From: Chiloscyllium plagiosum
Lineage: Eukaryota
Length of the DNA: 64,000 nucleotides
Direction: 5' to 3'
Assembly: GCF_004010195.1 (NCBI RefSeq)
Contig: NC_057719.1
Coordinates: 45,502,658 to 45,566,657, forward strand
Part shown: piece after piece, positions 26,911 through 38,745 of the stretch
Numbering within the stretch: the first letter of the stretch is position 1
Layout of the letters: the number at the start of each line of letters is the position of its first letter
Translations under genes and position numbers: made by a program
The notes under the pieces: generated by a model
What the model was told of the DNA's origin: nothing
Seen by the model: the letters and a program-made list of their open reading frames with translations, nothing else
The model's database searches: none

Positions 26911-27693
26911 TGTGTCAATAGTTTGTAGGTAATTCACTCATGGGACATTAGCATCGCTGGCTGACTGGCCAGCATTTTATTGCTCGTCCCTAGTTGCCCT
27001 TGAGAAGGAGGCAGTGAGCTGATTTCTTGAACTGCTGCAGTCCACATGCTGTAGGTTGACCCACAATGCCCTTAGGGAGGGAATTCCAGGATTTTGACTC
27101 AGCAACAGTGAAGGAATCGATATATTTCCAAGTTAGGATGGTGAGTGGCTTGGGAACTTGCAGGTGGTGGTATTTCCATGTGTCTGTCACCCTTGTCCTT
27201 CTAGATGGAAGTGGTTTTGGAAGATACTGCCTAAAGATCTTTGGTGAATTTCTGCAGTGTATCTTGAGAATAGTAAACACTGCTCCTACTGACCTTACTG
27301 GAAGTAATAGATCCTTATGGATGTCGTGCCATTCAAGTGGGCTGCTTTGTCCTGAATGGTGTTAAGCATCTTGAGTATTATTGGAGCTGCACCCATCCAG
27401 GGAAGTGATGAGAATTCCATCACACTCCTGACTTGTGCTTTGTAGATGGACAGGCTTTGGGGAATCAGGAGGTGAGTTACTCACTGGCCTAGCCTCTAAC
27501 CTGCTGCTGAAGCCACTGTGTTTATGTGATGAGTCCCGTTGATATTCTGGTCAATGGTAACCTCAAGGATGTTGATAGTGGGGGATTCAGTGATGGTAAC
27601 ACCATTGGATGTCAAGAAGCAGTGATTACATTGTCTCTTATTGGTGATAGTCATTGCCTGGCATTTATGTGGTGTGAATGTTATTTGCCACTT

Positions 27694-28349
27694 CGATAAA
27701 ATACAGATTTGAGATGGCCCAGGGAATCCCCTGTGGGACTCGGACTGTAAATCTCTCTTAGTTTGTCCCAGAGATTTTACCTTTTGTAGTCTGGAATAAA
27801 AAAAAACTCTCAGACAGTTTAATTTAATTTTAATCATTCCCTTCATTTACTAATAGCATCACTGTTACAACATAACACTGATACCTAAAAGCCAGGCTAA
27901 CTGGATTTTAATAACCCAGGAGAGTAGAACATCAGCTCTTCAAGAGCCCTGGCAGGTTACTCCATTGTACTATCTCAAACAGACTATCTTTATACACCAC
28001 TTTCCAAAGGCTGTATTGTCACAAACACAAAAAGTTAAGGAAAGCACTGCATGTTCTGAACTAGACAGATAATAGTGAAGGACAACAATTCAGGAGAGAA
28101 GTTAATTGGTACCAAGTTTTGTTGCTAGGTCAGAATCTAACATTGCTATTAATTTCACAAATGAACAGCCATGGATGTTATCACTTGGTGTGCTGTGGAC
28201 AGATTCACTGATGTTAAGGCAAATGTTCTAAATTGTCTTACCCTCCCTGCCTGTCTATTTTCTAGTGTGCAGCAAATGTGTTCTATAATTCTAGAATACA
28301 TTTTAGTCTAAGTGTTTAAGGACACATTTTAAGGCTATAAACTTTCTCA
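27694..28349 (-). mobile_element. ERV 3' LTR (about 656 bp)
   Basis: Begins TGAGAAAG directly after the PPT and ends TTTTATCG (CA-to-CG variant) at the host LINE junction. TATA-like gtataaag near 27990 and ATTAAA near 27830. Confidence 0.65.
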
Positions 28350-28361
28350 TTCCCTCCTTTT
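28350..28361 (-). other. Retroviral polypurine tract
   Basis: AAAAGGAGGGAA immediately before TG, just downstream of the env reading frame. Confidence 0.7.
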
Positions 28362-28408
28362 GTCATTTCATGACAACTACATAGCTTATATAAGTATAAT
28401 TAGTCTAT

Positions 28409-29227
28409 TTAGTGAATTTGTATTCTAAATAAGTCAAGTGCCTCCTCTGGCAAGTCATCATCTGGAGATGCAGAGTCTGAAAGATACTGCATTTCAGCAT
28501 GGGAATTAGGGCATGGAGGTGCAGGAGTAGACAAGGGTTGATTAACCAGATTCCTCTTTGTCTTAGGTGAAAAGCAATGTACAGTCCATTTAATGCATAA
28601 GTGGACGACAATGTATATTCCTAGGATGAGACCAAGGACTATCAGTACGTCCCACATGAGATCCTTCAACACAGCGACCATAGCCAGCAAGTAACACTCC
28701 ATCCACATGAATCGGATGATGGTAGGGCAGGTATATTCTCTGCGTCTTGACTCATTTCATTGAAAACATCTGTGTCATCTGAAATGTCCTTTGAGAAATC
28801 ATCAATGTTGTTGCAGCATTGGGGGCCAATGGCTGAACAAGCACCTCCTTCTTTAGCAAGGGAGGAAAGTTAGCACTATCCGATTTTGAAGCGTCATCAT
28901 CCGGGTCTCCTGTAACTCTTTGTTCACCGGCTTCAGAGCATGGGCACTTGAGTTGGCAAGTTTTTTGATGTCATAGGCAAGGTCACTTATCTGATCTAGG
29001 GCCATTTCAACACCTCGGCCAGGATTAAAACGGCCCAGCAACCTGGAACTCCAGGTTTGTTGATGGAAGAAGTTGTGTAAGTCCCATTTTGTTTTTCCTC
29101 TACTTTTTGTTCTGCATTGATTCACATGTTGTTGGGCATTCCACTCATCATCTACTTCAGGTACTTCATGGTGGAGGGTGAAAAGTGGTAAGGTGCATAC
29201 TAGGGCTTGATATTGTTCTGTTGCAAG
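28409..29227 (-). pseudogene. env: Endogenous retrovirus env (end of SU and whole TM subunit), gamma-type, frameshifted
   Basis: Heptad repeat, ISD LQNRIVL; after a frameshift LAKEGGACSAIGPQCC (CX6CC); after a second frameshift a membrane anchor (LMWDVLIVLGLILGIYIVVHLCI) and an acidic/proline-rich cytoplasmic tail. Confidence 0.88.
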
Positions 29228-29377
29228 TGCAATCATCAGCGAACATCCCCACCTCTGACCTTATCTCGAAGGGAAGGTCATTGATGAAGCAGCTGAAGTT
29301 GGTTGGGCTGAGGACGCTACTCTGAGGAACTCCTGCAGATATGTCCTAGAGCTGAGATGTCTAACCTCCAAGAACTA

Positions 29378-30446
29378 AGGCTCAAAGGTAGAAGACAGAG
29401 GGCAGTGATGGAGGGTTGTTTTTCAGACTGGAGGCCTGTGGCCAGTGGAGTACCACAAGGATCGGTGCTGGGTCCACTACTTTTCACCATTTATGTAAAT
29501 GTGAGCATAAGAGGTATAGTTAGTAAATTTGCAGATGACACCAAAACTAGAGGTGTAGTGGATAGCAAAGAAGGTTACCTCAGATTACAAAGAGATCTTG
29601 ACCAAATGGGCCAATGGGCTGAGAAGAGGCAGATGGAGTTTAATTCAGATAAATGTGAGGTGCTACATTTTGGGAAAGCAAATCTTAACAGGATTTATGC
29701 ACTTAATGGTAAGGTCCTAGAGAGTGTTACTGAACAAAGAGACCTTGGAGTGCAGGTTCATAGTTCCTTGAAAGTGGAGTCGCAGGTAGATAGTATAGTG
29801 AAGAAGGCGTTTGGTATGTTTCCTTTATTGGTCGGAGTATTGAGTACAGGAGTTGGGAGGTCATGTTGCGGCTGTACAGGACATTGGTTAGGCTACTTTT
29901 GGCATATTGCGTGCATTTCTGGTCTCCTTCCTATCAGAAGGATGTTGTGAAACTTGAAAGGGTTCAGAAAAGATTTACAAGGATGTTGCCAGGGTTGGAG
30001 GATTTGAGCTACAGGGAGAGGTTGAATAGGCTAGGGCTGTTTTCCCTGGAGCATTGGAGGCTGAGAGATGATCTTATAGACGTTTATAAAATCATGAGGG
30101 GCATGGATTGGACAAATAGACAAAATCTCTTCCCTGGAGTGGGGGAGTCCAGAACTAGAGGGCATAGGTTTAGGGCAAGAGGAGAAAGATATAAAAGAGA
30201 CCTAAGGGGCAACTTTTTAATGCAGAGGATGGTGCGTGTGTGGAATGGGATGCCAGAGAAAGTGGTGGAGGCTGGTACAATTACAACATTTACAAGGCAT
30301 CTGGATGGGTACATGAATAGGAAGGGTTTGGAGGGAAATGGGTCGGGTGCTGGCAGGTGGGACTAGATTGGGTTGGGATACCTGGTTGGCATGGATGAGT
30401 TGGACTGAAGGGTCTGTTTCTGTGTTTTACATCTCTACAACTCTTT
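29378..30446 (+). mobile_element. CR1 LINE, 5'-truncated ORF2 (RT C-terminal half)
   Basis: SGVPQGSVLGPLLF, KFADDTK, EFNSDKCEVLHFG, YCVHFWSP, TRGHRF; one frameshift. Confidence 0.92.
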
Positions 30447-30609
30447 AACTGCAACCATCTTCCTACCTGCCAGGTATGATTCCAATCAATGGAGTGTTTT
30501 CCCCATGATTCCTATTGATTCCAGTTTTCCTGGTCTCCTTGATTTCACACTCAGTCAAATATGGCCTTGATATCAAGGGCTGTCATTCTCACCCCACCTC
30601 TAATAAAGA

Positions 30610-31030
30610 GAAATTGAACATACTGAAGTTCTTTCCCTTGGAGCAGAGGAGACTGAGGGGGCATATGATTGAACTGAATAAAATTATAAACGGGCATAGA
30701 TAAGCTAGACAAGAAGTAAACTTTCCCCTGATGGGGGATCAGTAACCAAGGAGAACAGATTTATGGCAAGGAGCAAGAGATTTAGAAGGGAAGTGAGGAA
30801 AGAATTTATTACCCAGTGGGTGGTGGGAATCTGGAACCCACTGGTCATAAGGCTAGTAGAGACAGAAATCTGTGTCAATAATATTTTGATGTGTACTTGT
30901 GATGCCAAAGCATACAAGATAATAGGCCAAGTGCTGAAAAATGGGATTCAAACAGTTTGGTGGTTGTTTTGACTGGCTCAAACTTGATGTGCTTAAACAG
31001 CTTTTTGCTGTGCTGTAAGCTTCTATAACT
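30610..31030 (+). mobile_element. CR1 3' fragment, degenerate
   Basis: LEQRRLRG, FITQWVVGIWN. Confidence 0.75.
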
Positions 31031-31477
31031 CTTCTGGCATTTTTATCATTCAGCGTGGCAGCTCATGGAATTTCATTTCAATGAATAAATCCGGAATTAA
31101 AAGTGAAGGCAACATATTTTTTTCTAACATTCTGTGCCTTGGGAGCTGGAAAAGCAGGAAATACTTCCTTTTGGGGCCTGTCTTGTTTCCTTCGACAATG
31201 ACAGTCTTTAAAGCTCATTACATATGCACGCAGGTTAAAATGCCACATGTTATTGGTGGGTGGGCAGGATATTTGTCTCCTCCATTGTCCATCTCCATTG
31301 GGATTTCCAGGCTCCAATTTCTGGGTCAAATATTTAGAAGGCACCCATTAGCATTTCTCTCTCTGAATCACAGGACCATCTGCAGATCTTGCATCCTGGG
31401 CCCCACCCAACTCTGGAAATGAGAGAGGTCAATCCTGAAACTTAGTGATCGCTCTGTTCGTGATCGTTCTTTCTGCA

Positions 31478-31497
31478 GTGTGTGTGTGTGTGTGTGT
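31478..31497. repeat. (GT)n microsatellite
   Basis: Direct reading. Confidence 0.9.
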
Positions 31498-31747
31498 ATA
31501 TGTATGTTGGGATATCCTGTTCTTAAGAGTTGGCAACAAACGTTTTCCTGCCTGACTAAGGAGTGAAGGTGACTCAAACAGTTAGTGCATGAGGTCTGAC
31601 TGGATGAATTGTCACCACAAACGAATGACCAGATTAAGTGATACTGTCTGCTAATTCCTTCATGACCCTACAACTGTGTCCTACCATAGCAAGTTTGCAC
31701 CGTACAGGACTGCCACCTTTGTGTGACAGGTATCTCCATCCTCATGT

Positions 31748-33900
31748 CCAAATTATGTTCTCACTTAGAGTCAGAGAGTCATAGAGATGTACAGCACGGA
31801 AACAAACCCTTCGGTCCAACCTGTCTGTGCCGACCAGGTATCCCAACCCAATCTAGTCCCACCTGCCAGCACCTGGCCCATATCCCTCCAAACCCTTCCT
31901 ATTCATATACCCATCCAAATGTCTTTCAAATGTTGCAATTGTACCAGCCTCCACCACTTCCTCTGGCAGCTCATTCTACACACATACCACACTCTGCGTG
32001 AAAAAGTTGCCCCGTTGGTCTCTTTTATATCTTTCCCCACTCACCCTATACCTATGCCTCTAGTTCTGGACTCCCTCACCCCAGGGAAAAGACTTTGTCT
32101 ATTTATCCTATCCATGCCCCTCATAATTTTGTAAACCTCTATAAGGTCACCCCTCAGCCTCCAATGTTTCAGGGAAAACAATCCCAGCCTGTTCAACCTC
32201 TCCCTATAGCTCAAATCCTCCAACCTTGTAAATCTTTTCTGAACTCTTTCAAATTTCACAACATCTTTCCGGTAGGAAGGAGACCAGAACTGCACGCAAT
32301 ATTCCAACAGTGGTCTAACCAATGTCCTGTAAATTAAACTCCATCTCCCACTTCTCAGCCCATTGGCCCATCTGGTCAAGATCCTGTTGTAATCTAAGGT
32401 AAGTTTCTTCGCTGTCCACTACACCTCCAATTTTGATATCATCTATAAACTTACTAACTGTACCCTTTATGCTCGCATCCAAATCATTTATATAAATGAC
32501 GAAAAGTAATGGACCCAGCACCGATCCTTGTGGCACTCCACTGGTCACAGGCCTCCAATCTGAAAAACAGCCCTCCACCACCACTCTCTGACTTCCAACT
32601 TTGAGCCAATTCTGTATCCAAATGGCTAGTTCTCCCTGTATTCCATGAGACCTAACTTTGCTACACAGTCTCCCATGGGGAACCTTGTCAAATGCCTTAC
32701 TGAAGTCCATATAAATCACATCTACTACTCTGCACTCATCAATCCTCTTTATTACTTCTTCAAAAAACTCAATCAAGTTTGTGAGACATGATTTCCCATG
32801 CACAAAGCCATGTTGACTATTCCTAATCAGTCCTTGCCTTTCCAAATATATATACATTCTGCCCCTCAGGATTCCCTCCAACAACTTGCCCACCACTGAC
32901 GTCAGGCTTGTTGGTCTATAGTTCCCTTGCTTGTCCTTACCACCCTTCTTAAACAGTGGCACCACGTTAGCCAACCTCCAGTCTTCCGGCACCTCACCTG
33001 TGACTATCGATGATACAAATATCTCAGCAAGAGGCCCAGCAATCACTTCCATAGCCTCCCACAGAGCTCTAGGGTACACCTGATCAGGTCCTGGGGATTT
33101 ATCCACCTTTATACATTTCAAGACATCCAGCACTTCCTCCTCTGTAATCTGGACAGTAAACACTGATGCAAAGTACTCGTTTAGAATATCCCCTATTTTC
33201 TGCGGCTCCACACAAAGGCCACCTTGCTTATCTTTGAGGGGCCCTATTCTCTCCCTCGTTACCCTTTTGTCCTTAGTGTATTTGTAAAACCCTTTGGATT
33301 CTCTTTAATTCTATTTGCCAAAGCTATCTCTTGTCCCCTTTTTGCCCTCCTGATTTCCCTCTTAAGCATATTCCTACAGCCTTTATACTCTTCTAAGGAT
33401 TCACTTGATCTATCCAGTCTATACCTGACATATGCTTCCTTCTTTTTCTTAACCAAACCCTCAATTTCTTTAGTCATCCAGCATTCCCTATACCTACCAG
33501 CCTTCCCTTTCACCCTAACAGAAATATACTTTGTCTGGATTTTCTTTATCTCATTTCTGAAGGCTTCCCATTTTCCAGCCGTCCCTTTACCTGCAAATAT
33601 CTGCCCCCAATCAGCTTTTGAAAGTTCTTACCTCATACTGTCAAAATTGACCTTTCTCCAATTTAGAACTTCAACTTTTAGATCTGGTCTATCCTTTTCC
33701 ATCATTATTTTAAATCTAACAGAATTATGGTCACTGGCCCCAAAGTGCTCCCCCACTGACACGTCAGTCACCTGTCCTGCCTTATTTCCCAAAAGTAGGT
33801 CAAGTTTTGCACCTACTCTAGTAGGTACATCCATATACTGAATCAGAAAATTTTCTTGTACACACTTAGCAAATTCCTCTCCATCTAAACCCTTAACACT
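31748..33900 (-). mobile_element. CR1 LINE ORF2 with internal deletions
   Basis: KSPGPD, EDWRLANVVPLFKKG, NYRPTSL, QHGF..GKSCLTNL, YMDFSKAFDKVPH, GVPQGSVLGP. Confidence 0.95.
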
Positions 33901-35004
33901 TCATTGCACCTGTCCATGTTAAAGTAGGAGTGACACAGTGACACAGCATCTCAAACAGCAGCCATGGTCCACACTTCAAACAGAAAAGGACCCAAAGAAC
34001 CTAGCAGCTCACACACCAACAGTTCTCTTAGTTTTCATCACATCTAGGAGAACCTACATGCCACAGACCTTCTCAACAAAGCCTTCAACCAGGACAAGGC
34101 CCCCATCACAAAAGGGGACTTGAGCATCAACACCTCAGATAAATATCGTGCATCCCATCACATGAAGCTTTGTTGGAATCTTCAATTTCAGCTCTTTCAC
34201 CACACTCACAGCCACCATTCATTCAAGTCTCTCTCAACCATAATCTCCCTCAAACTACTTTCTTATCACTCAGGGGGTGACTAGGAGAGGGTTTTAAATT
34301 AATTAGAGAAGGGAGTGCTCACGCAGGCTCACAAAGCAAAATGATATGACAGCATTGCAGGGCAACTATTTTGATGTTACCCAGAATGGGACAGGAAGGG
34401 ATAGAGGGTATAAGCATAAAAAAGGAATCAGCAATAAGATCAAGGTCGGAAAACAAAACGGTAGAAAGGCAAGGTTAAAGGCTCTTTACTTTAACGTGTC
34501 TACTAATGGAACAAAATATATGAATCAATGACACAAATAAAGGTTAATACATGATCTTGCAGCCAAATCAGAGACAGATTTTCATGGAGATCAAAGCTGT
34601 GAACTAAATATTCAGGGATATGTAACTTTTCAAAAAGAAAGGCCAGAAAGAAAAGGTGGTGGGGTAGTCTTGTTTGTAAGGCAGAGTGAATATATAACAA
34701 GAAATGATCTGGGATCAGGTAATATCGAATCCCTATGGGTTGGGGTAAGAAGTAAGAAGTGAAGACACCAGCGGCAGCAAATGGTAATTGTTCTAAGGCT
34801 GAAAATAAGCTAGGAAATAATGAAAGCATGTGATAAAGATGGTATATTAATCATGGGTAATTTTAATCTTCATGGAGGTTGGAAAATCAAACTGGCACAG
34901 GGATCCACAAGGATGAATTTATAGAGTGCATTTGTGATCATTTCCTGGAACAACATGTTGTGGATCCAATTTATTCAATGGTTTTATCCAATCTATTTTG
35001 GATT

Positions 35005-35381
35005 GCTGTGGTTCTGTTTGCCGAGCTGGAAGCTTTTGTTGCAAACGTTTCGTCCCCTGTCTAGGTGACATCCTCAGTGCTTGGGAGCCTCCTGTGAAGC
35101 GCTTCTGTAGTGTTTCCTCCGGCATTTTTGTTGTGGCCTGTCCCTGCCGCTTCGGTTGTCAGTTTCAGCTGTCCGCTGTAGTGGCCGGTATATTGGGTTC
35201 AGGTCGATGTGTTTGTTGATGGCCACTACAAAACTGCTGGAGGAAACACCACAGAAGTGCTTCATAGGAGGCTCCCAAGCACTGAGGATGTCACCTAGAC
35301 AGGGGACGAAACGTTTGCAACAAAAACTTCCAGCTCGGTGAACAGAACCACAGCAACGAGCACCTGAGCTACAAATCTTCC
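35005..35381 (+). mobile_element. Penelope-type fold-back element with two intact hammerhead cores
   Basis: 12-bp TSD ctattttggatt at 34993-35004 and 35382-35393; inverted arms at about 35005-35140 and 35220-35355. Confidence 0.85.
35282..35315 (+). ncRNA. Minimal type I hammerhead ribozyme core (mirror copy 35044-35077 on minus)
   Basis: CUGAGGA, stem II gucaccu/aggggac, GAAAC, GUU. Stem I gca/ugc; palindromic AAACGUUU in stem III. Confidence 0.7.
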
Positions 35382-36250
35382 CTATTTTGGATTCATTAAT
35401 GTGTAATGAGGTCAGTTTAAAAAATGATCTCACAGTAGCTGAAAAATTAGCTTTCAGTTCAAGAGTCAGTAAAATGAGTTTGAAACAACTACGCTAAATC
35501 TAAACAAGGATATTCACATTGGGATGGGAGCAGAGTTGGAGCAGAATGGGAAAAGAGTTGAGCAGTTTAGGTGGTTGAGGAACAGTGGCAGACATTTAAC
35601 AAAACCTTTCATGATTCATAACCAAGATATATCTTCAGTCAGGAAGAATGATCCTGAGAAGGGGATAAACTGCCCAAGGTTAAATAAAAAAGTTAGTAAT
35701 TTAAAATTAAAAGAATCAATGTACAATGCAACAAAGATTAGTGGTAAACCAGAGGTTTTGGAAAGTTTTTAAAACCAACAGATTTCCAAAAATAAAATGA
35801 AGAAGGAGAAAATAAACTATGAGAGCAAATTAGCATGTTATAAAACAGACAGTAAGAACAGTATTTTACTAGAAGATTAGCTAACAAATAGAGGACAGAG
35901 AGTTGGAATAAAGGGACATTTTTGTAATAACAATCTGTTTCTAGTGGAGTGCCACAGGGATCAGTGCTAGGGCCATAATTATTTACAATATATATGAACA
36001 CCATGGACAAGGAAAGTAAATGTATTCTCACCAAGTTTGTAGATGACACAAAATGGATTTGAAGGAAGTGGTAAGGTTGACACAAAGAGTCTACAGAGTG
36101 AAATAGGATGAATAAGTGGTAAAAATATGGCAGATAGAAGATAAAGCAGAAAAATATGAAGTTATGCAATTTTGTTGGAATGACAGAAGAGGCGATTATT
36201 TAATGTAATTTTTCAGTTTAAGTTTAAGTCTAAGTTTAAACAGGAAGGTT

Positions 36251-36375
36251 CCTGATGAAGAGCTGATGCCCGAAACGCCAATTCTCCTGCTTCTTGGATG
36301 CTGCTTGACTTGCTGTGTTTTTCCAGTACCGCACTCTCGACTCTGATCTACAACATCTGCAATGCTCACTTTCTA
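36251..36375 (+). mobile_element. pLTR-derived short element; hammerhead cleavage triplet mutated to GCC
   Basis: ctgatga...gcccgaaacgcc followed by the family body. Confidence 0.75.
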
Positions 36376-36379
36376 CTAT

Positions 36380-38745
36380 GTATCTGCTGCCCTTGTCCTT
36401 TTAGATAGAATTGGTTATGGGTTTGGAAGGACCTTTAGTGAATTTCTGTAGTGCTTCTTGCAGATAGTTCACACTGCTGCTGCTAGGCATCAGTGGTGGA
36501 AGCTTAAGGATTTGGTGCTAATCAAGCGAACTGCTTTGTCCTAGATAGTGTCAAGCTTCTTGAATGTTATTGGAGTTGCACCCATTCTGGCAAATGGGAA
36601 ATATTCCATCACACTGCTGACTTGTGTCTTGTAGATGATGGACAGGCTTTGGAGAGTCAGGAGGTGAGTTACTTGCTGCTTATTCTTTGCCTTTGACATG
36701 CTTCTGCAGTTATTGTGTTTATATGGTGAGTCCAGTTGAGTTTCTGGTCAATAGTAACCCCAAGGCTGCTGATAGTGGGGGATTCAGTGACGGTAACTTC
36801 ATTGTGTGACAGTTCTATGGCTTTAAGAGGTATATTTTGTCATTTTGTTTTCTGAAGAGGTGACAACCAGTATGTTCCAAGCCAATAAAGTAAACAGCTT
36901 GTGAGGCCTTGGCATTTTATTTTAAATTTGGAACAATAGAAGTAGCATGAAGGGGTGGGGTCAAGTTCCCACAGAAACAGGATTTTAGTTTAGCTTTCAG
37001 TAACTGTTAGGGTTTGAAGGCTGCTGTACATCTTTATATGTTTCTCTGTTTCCCTGCTGCACCAAAACACTTGAGTTCTCTTTCTCTTCCTCTCTCTCTC
37101 TCTCTCTCTCTGTGAATTTTCTCTTGAAGTCCTTTCCTGCTGGACTGGAAAATTTCATGTTAGACAATCTATTTTACTGAATTTGCCTTTGCCATGGGTG
37201 TGTTTATGAGATATTATTATATTGGAACTGTTGCTGTTTAGCAGTTAAGTAATCTATTATTCTGTCAAGTTAAGTTATTCCAATTCTGTTTCTTTTGGTT
37301 GTATTTTAATTATAGTCTAAGAATAAAGTACACCTTCCTTAAAGCCTGGTAATTTGACTAATCAAATTGTATCTGGATTGTAATGCCAAACGCTTGCGTT
37401 TAAAAATCAGAAATGTTGATGCCTAGGCTATTTAATTAATATAAATTGTGGAGGTTTGGTCTGGTGCATAACAATTGAATATCAAGGGATGTTAATTAGA
37501 TTGTCTCATATTGGTGATGGTCATTGTCTGCATTTCAGTGGTGAGAACGTTACCTGCCACTTGTTAGTCTAAGCCTGCATATTGTCCTGTTCCATTTGAA
37601 TATGGATTACTTCAGTACCTGAGGTGGTGTGAGTGATGCTGAATATTGTGCAATCCCTATACCTAAACTCACGATGGAAGAAAGGTCATCGATGAAGCAG
37701 TTGGAGATGATTGGGTCTCGGACATTTTCCCGACGAGCTCCTGCAGACATGTTCTGGAATTGAGGTGACTGTTTTCCAATAACTTCAACCATCATCCTGT
37801 GTGCCAGCTATGGCTTCGGCCAACTGAGAGTTTGTCCCCTGATATCCATTGATTCTAGTTTTACTAGGGCTCCTCGATGCTACACTCACTTGAATTCAGC
37901 CTTGATGCTAAGGGCTGTCACTCTCAACTCACCTCTGAATTCAGCTCTTTTGTCCATGTTTGAACAACTACTGTAATGAGATCATGAGCTGAGTGGGTCT
38001 TTTGGAACCCAGACTGGGTTTCACTAAGCAGGTTGTTGCTGAGCAAGTGCTGCTTGATAGCACTGTTGATGACACCTTCCATCAATTTACAGATAGGGTG
38101 GTAATTGGCCGTGTTTGATTTCCATTACCTTTTGCATACAGGACATACCTGGCAATTTTCCACATTGTCAGGTAGATGCCAGTGTTATAACTGTACTGGA
38201 AGAGGTTGGCTAGGGGAGTGGCATGTTCTGGAGCATGGTGTCTATAATGCTGGTGTCTATAATGTTGGTGACCACTGGAGAAGGCCAAGGGGGAGAATCC
38301 ACTTGGCACTTCTGGCTGAAGATTGCTGCATAGGCTACAGCCTTATCTTTTGCACTGATATGTTGGGCTCTTCCATTGAGGGTGGGGATATTTGTGTAGC
38401 CGCCTTCTCTAATGAATTGTTTCATTGTCCACTATCATTCACAACTTGATGTGGCAGGCCTGCAGATCTATTGATCTGTTGGTTCTGGGATCGTTTAGCT
38501 CTGCCTATCACTTGCTAGTTATGCGTCTGGCCTGCAAGTAGTCCTGTGTGCCAGATTTACTAGATTGGCATCTCATTTTTAGATATGCATGATGCTGCTT
38601 CAGGCATGTCCTTCTGCACTCTCCATTGAACCAGTTTGATAACAATGGTTGAGTGGTTGGAATATGCCAGGCCATAAGTTTGCATGTTGTGGTGAACTAC
38701 AATCTTGCTGCTGTTAATGGCCATGGCACCTCATGGATGTCCATA
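36380..38745 (-). mobile_element. Family B LINE (long fragment) containing a solo LTR
   Basis: LATPLANLFQYSYNTGIYLTMWKIA-like reading on minus; collinear with 21030-22830. Confidence 0.8.
36805..37473 (+). mobile_element. Solo LTR (669 bp), 4-bp TSD ATTG
   Basis: TG...CA termini, ATTG at 36801-36804 and 37474-37477, AATAAA near 37322; the host LINE resumes exactly after it. Confidence 0.85.

Larger units (their letters stand above)
26930..30600 (-). mobile_element. Family B LINE in three pieces (26930-27693, 29228-29372, 30447-30600), interrupted by an ERV remnant and a CR1
   Basis: Pieces are collinear with the reverse complement of about 21960-23070. Confidence 0.75.
34290..36200 (+). mobile_element. 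Degenerate CR1 ORF2, interrupted by the 35005-35381 element
   Basis: EN remnants (IIMGNFN, FLEQHV) and SGVPQGSVLGP near 35945. Confidence 0.7.

Noticed and set aside
28760..28900. Filovirus-derived endogenous element
   Set aside because: The GP2-like loop is shared with gamma-type Env, and the adjacent PPT and LTR indicate a retroviral origin.
32315..33211. 298-aa reverse transcriptase as a functional or domesticated gene
   Set aside because: Truncated, internally deleted CR1 copy with stops and frameshifts in flanking parts.
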